The notes beneath the pieces were generated by a model. The model worked only from the letters and a program-made list of their open reading frames with translations. It had not been told where the DNA came from and made no database searches. DNA of 64,000 nt from Magallana gigas (lineage: Eukaryota), in contig NC_088858.1 in the NCBI RefSeq assembly GCF_963853765.1, positions 22,258,001 to 22,322,000 on the forward strand. The letters are read 5' to 3'. Within the stretch, counting starts at the first letter, position 1, and every line of letters begins with the position of its first letter. A program made the position numbers and the translations under genes. Shown here piece by piece: positions 60,792 through 64,000 of this stretch.

Positions 60792-63700
60792 ATGGGGGTA
60801 GTGGACGGCTTTAAATCGGCGAGCCTATTCGGAAAGATAGCTTTCATATTGCTTGCAGTCGCTAGTTTTTGCATTATCATTGCGTTCACTTGTACTGGAT
60901 GGGGAGAAAGTAACGAGAATGTTGGAAGTGGATACCAAATACACTGGGGACTGTGGAGAAGATGCACCGAGAACGAGATTAGCAATGCACCATGTAGTCC
61001 ACTTGATGGATGGGCAAACGGTAAGTCATTAAATCTGTTCTTTTTGTTGTTTTTTTCCAATGCTTTTTTTTTGCTTTTTTAAAAATACAATCCTTTTTCA
61101 GGACTTTTATGTAAATCTCAAATTGCATTTTCTACAAAATATTATTTGTTAATTGTTTAATGATTATTAGATTTAAGGTTAAGGTTTTCTTACTATTTTT
61201 AACAAAAAGTAAATTCATAATAAAAGTACAAAGTTTAACCATTGTTGTTCAAACATCGGATTTTATATCTGTTAACAATAAAAAAAAAAGAAGATATTTA
61301 ACGCTAAATTATCAATTGAACTATAGATAAACTTATATATATCTCGGTTATAGTTACATTATAGAAATTCCAAAAGGACATATATGTACTTAATTTTCTA
61401 AGGTTATTACTTGAAATGATGCCAACGGTGTTTTTATTGAGCATGTTCACAGCATGCGATGTTTTGACATCACTTTTACACAGAGTTAATCAAGAAATCA
61501 ATAATAATAATGTTACGGACATTAACCCATCTCCTGGTAAACAATAGTAACGAAAGAAAGAGCCTGATTTGCAATTTTAATTAAAACGTGTTTGGGTCAA
61601 AAAAGTCCTGCTGTCAACCAATTCTGATAACCGGTCCATCCATTTCATGATTTGGAAAATGAAATTACAACCTCCCCCGTTTTCAAAACTAAAAAAACCC
61701 CAAATTTTTTATTTGATACTTATTTAATTGCAAAAGTAATTTTGTTGTTTTTTTCAGATTGGTGGGCATTTGCTCAAGCCGCCAGTTGCTTCGGTTTCTT
61801 TGGAATACTGGTTTCATTTTTCCTAGTTATCTTATACCTGTTTGTGGATTCATGCAAGGGCAATGGAGAGGTAGCCACTGGTGCAGCAATCCTCTGCCTA
61901 GTAACAGGTAATCTCATGACCAAGACTACACGGAGTATGGTTATACTAACACTACCCTCCCGCCCCTAACCCCTCCTCCCTCCTCCTCCCTACAGACACA
62001 CAAATTGCTAATCTCAGTAATTGACACAGACTGTTTGTAGTATTTCCAGATTTAAATCTAACGAAAGTCTTTATGACTGTCAGTTACTTTAAATTCATGT
62101 TTGCCTATAATAGTAATATCGTTATCTTGTACAAAGCTTTAAATTCTATTCGTTGATTCAGCCACAGGTATAGCTTTTGTGACAATATTAAGAAGCTAAA
62201 TGGCCGTGCCCATTTTTAGCTCTTTGATATGAAGAGCTTTGTATATTCTTTAATATTTGGATTTTTTCTCAACTGAAAATAGTTTATGGCAAAAGGCAAA
62301 AAAAAAAAAATTCGAAGACACGATGAGTAATTTTTTAACCATCCAGCCTCCTCTATGTGACATAGTGCACAACCTGTCAGAAGTCACGGTATTGGCAGTG
62401 AATGGTTAAAGATTTCGAAGCTTACGGAAATAGATGATTATTTTCACCCAAATCACTCGACCATGTCTCACACAAGTGAATATAGGCTTAAGCGTCTGAT
62501 GCGCGTGAACAGTGGCGGAAACTTGTGTTAATTAGTTTTTATTGTTATGAAAAATAGCTTTGGTGACAAAGTTAAAACAGGGGCAGATCGATAATTTTCT
62601 CCCCTGGGTTGATTCAGAAAATGTCCTTGTTTCCATGGGGATGGAAATGGCGATGGGAGGGGGTCCAATTTATATGTTTGGTACGTGTATTTTATTGTGG
62701 TTTAATTAGAACCATTTTAACAAGACTTTGGATTTTCGGTAGAACGTAACTGTGTTTTTCTTGTATCAAAACAAGTTAAAAATGACCTGGTTTTGGGTGA
62801 AATATGAATACTAGAATAGATTACTTAGTCTTAGCTCAAAAGTCTGACAAATTTTGTTGATTTCAAAGATCCGTCGCTGAGTATCCAGCAATGAAATAGA
62901 CAAATAGACATGCCTACGCCACAATGCTGTTTTACACAACTACCCAAAGTCCAAGCTCTTGTTAAAATGGTTCTAATGTTTGTTGAAGAATTCGTTGACG
63001 ACCCGATCCATTAAGGCAAATGCTTATCGAAGTGTGTCAACAGATCTTATTATAAGTCCATTGTCAACGAAAGTGTGTCACTGTGAAAATGTGACACTTG
63101 TGAAATTGCCATATTTATTCTATGAAAAGTTAAGTTGTATTTGTATCAACAAAAAACTATTGCCAAGAAATATAGACCCTTTCACGGTAACTGCGGTTCT
63201 GCTCTTTTGCATGGCAAAATGACATAATTTGGTGAAATATGACGTAACGTCAATTGTTTCATTTAATTCATTTTTCGGCGAAGTATATAAATTTGCCCTG
63301 CATGAGAGCAGTACCACAGTTATAGTGAAAGGGTCTATTGATGAAACAAAAGTTAATGATTTGAATAGCTCTGAAACCCACGCTTGTAACCATGGGCCTG
63401 TGTTGTTACTTTTGGATTTTGACTACCGAACAACGCTAAGCCACATAATCAATTCGATGTAGATATTTAGATAGACAATCACAGTATACACATTGCTATT
63501 CGAAATTATTCAAAAATTGTTTAAATGCTTACAATTTTTATCTCTGCGCATGAAAAGATAAACAGCCCATAATCCCTTGACAACGAAACTTCATGACGTC
63601 AGACCGATCTAAATTGTGTTCATGGTTTTATTAATTTTTCTTTTCCTATCATTTTGATCTAGATGAACCAATAATTTCTGTAACACGCTATAACGCACTT

Positions 63701-64000
63701 TCATTCTGTCTTGTAAAAAAAAGCGATTCATGCAGTGACACACACAAACTTCAATCTTTGGCTTCGCTAAATATAAAACATCAAAGACAAAGTTTGATCG
63801 TATAGTGTAAATATGGTTGTGATAATTACCTGCCCATATCAATATTTGATACCTTGTTTACCTCTTTTTTTGGTTATATTCTCAGGTGTGATTCAACTCA
63901 TCGGTTGCATCGTGTTTGGGGTGGAGTTTGATGATGTGTACTATGATAGAACCGTCGGAGGGGCTAAGTGGGAATTCTGGCTATCATACGCCTTTGGAAT
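60792..64000 (+). CDS. Claudin/PMP22/EMP-superfamily tetraspan membrane protein, 3' end outside the window
   Basis: join(60792..61020,61758..61907,63886..>64000), GT-AG and in phase. TM1 IAFILLAVASFCIIIAFT, signature WGLWRRC..C, WWAFAQAASCFG, TM2 and TM3, and exon 3 GVIQLIGCIVFGVEF...WLSYAFG leading into TM4. Confidence 0.88.

Noticed and set aside
60557-61060. 167-aa minus-strand ORF
   Set aside because: It is antisense to exon 1 of the claudin-like gene, which has the family signature.

Overview
AT-rich eukaryotic, intron-containing DNA. Its repeat complement (166-bp satellite inside Helentron/HINE-like elements, TTAA-flanked MITEs, (GA)n tracts) points to an oyster, probably Crassostrea/Magallana (inference). 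The supplied ORF track ignores splicing and accepts GTG/TTG starts, so I rebuilt the genes by hand from GT-AG junctions and codon phase. Five complete spliced genes close in frame: OSTF1 (-, 8 coding exons, 215 aa), an RMDN/PTPIP51-family gene (-, 9 exons, 371 aa), GCHFR (+, 3 exons, 88 aa; absent from the ORF track), an EHD ATPase (-, 2 exons, 536 aa) and YPEL5 (+, 2 coding exons, 120 aa). A claudin/PMP22-superfamily gene runs off the right edge, and there is an intronless ~385-444-aa orphan ORF. The most notable signals are four. (1) The OSTF1 exon-5 end plus its splice donor is tandemly amplified into 23 in-frame positions spaced 30 bp apart. (2) Two divergent miniature LTR elements with tRNA-like LTRs, PBS and PPT (Helenus/TRIMp3-like) lie in GCHFR intron 1. 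(3) TTAA-flanked Kolobok-type elements carry tRNA-like A/B-box modules. (4) Two head-to-head pairs, RMDN-GCHFR and EHD-YPEL5, recall the human 15q15/2p22-23 neighbourhoods. No CRISPR array, rRNA or bona fide tRNA gene is supported. All family and synteny assignments come from recall of known sequences, not database searches.
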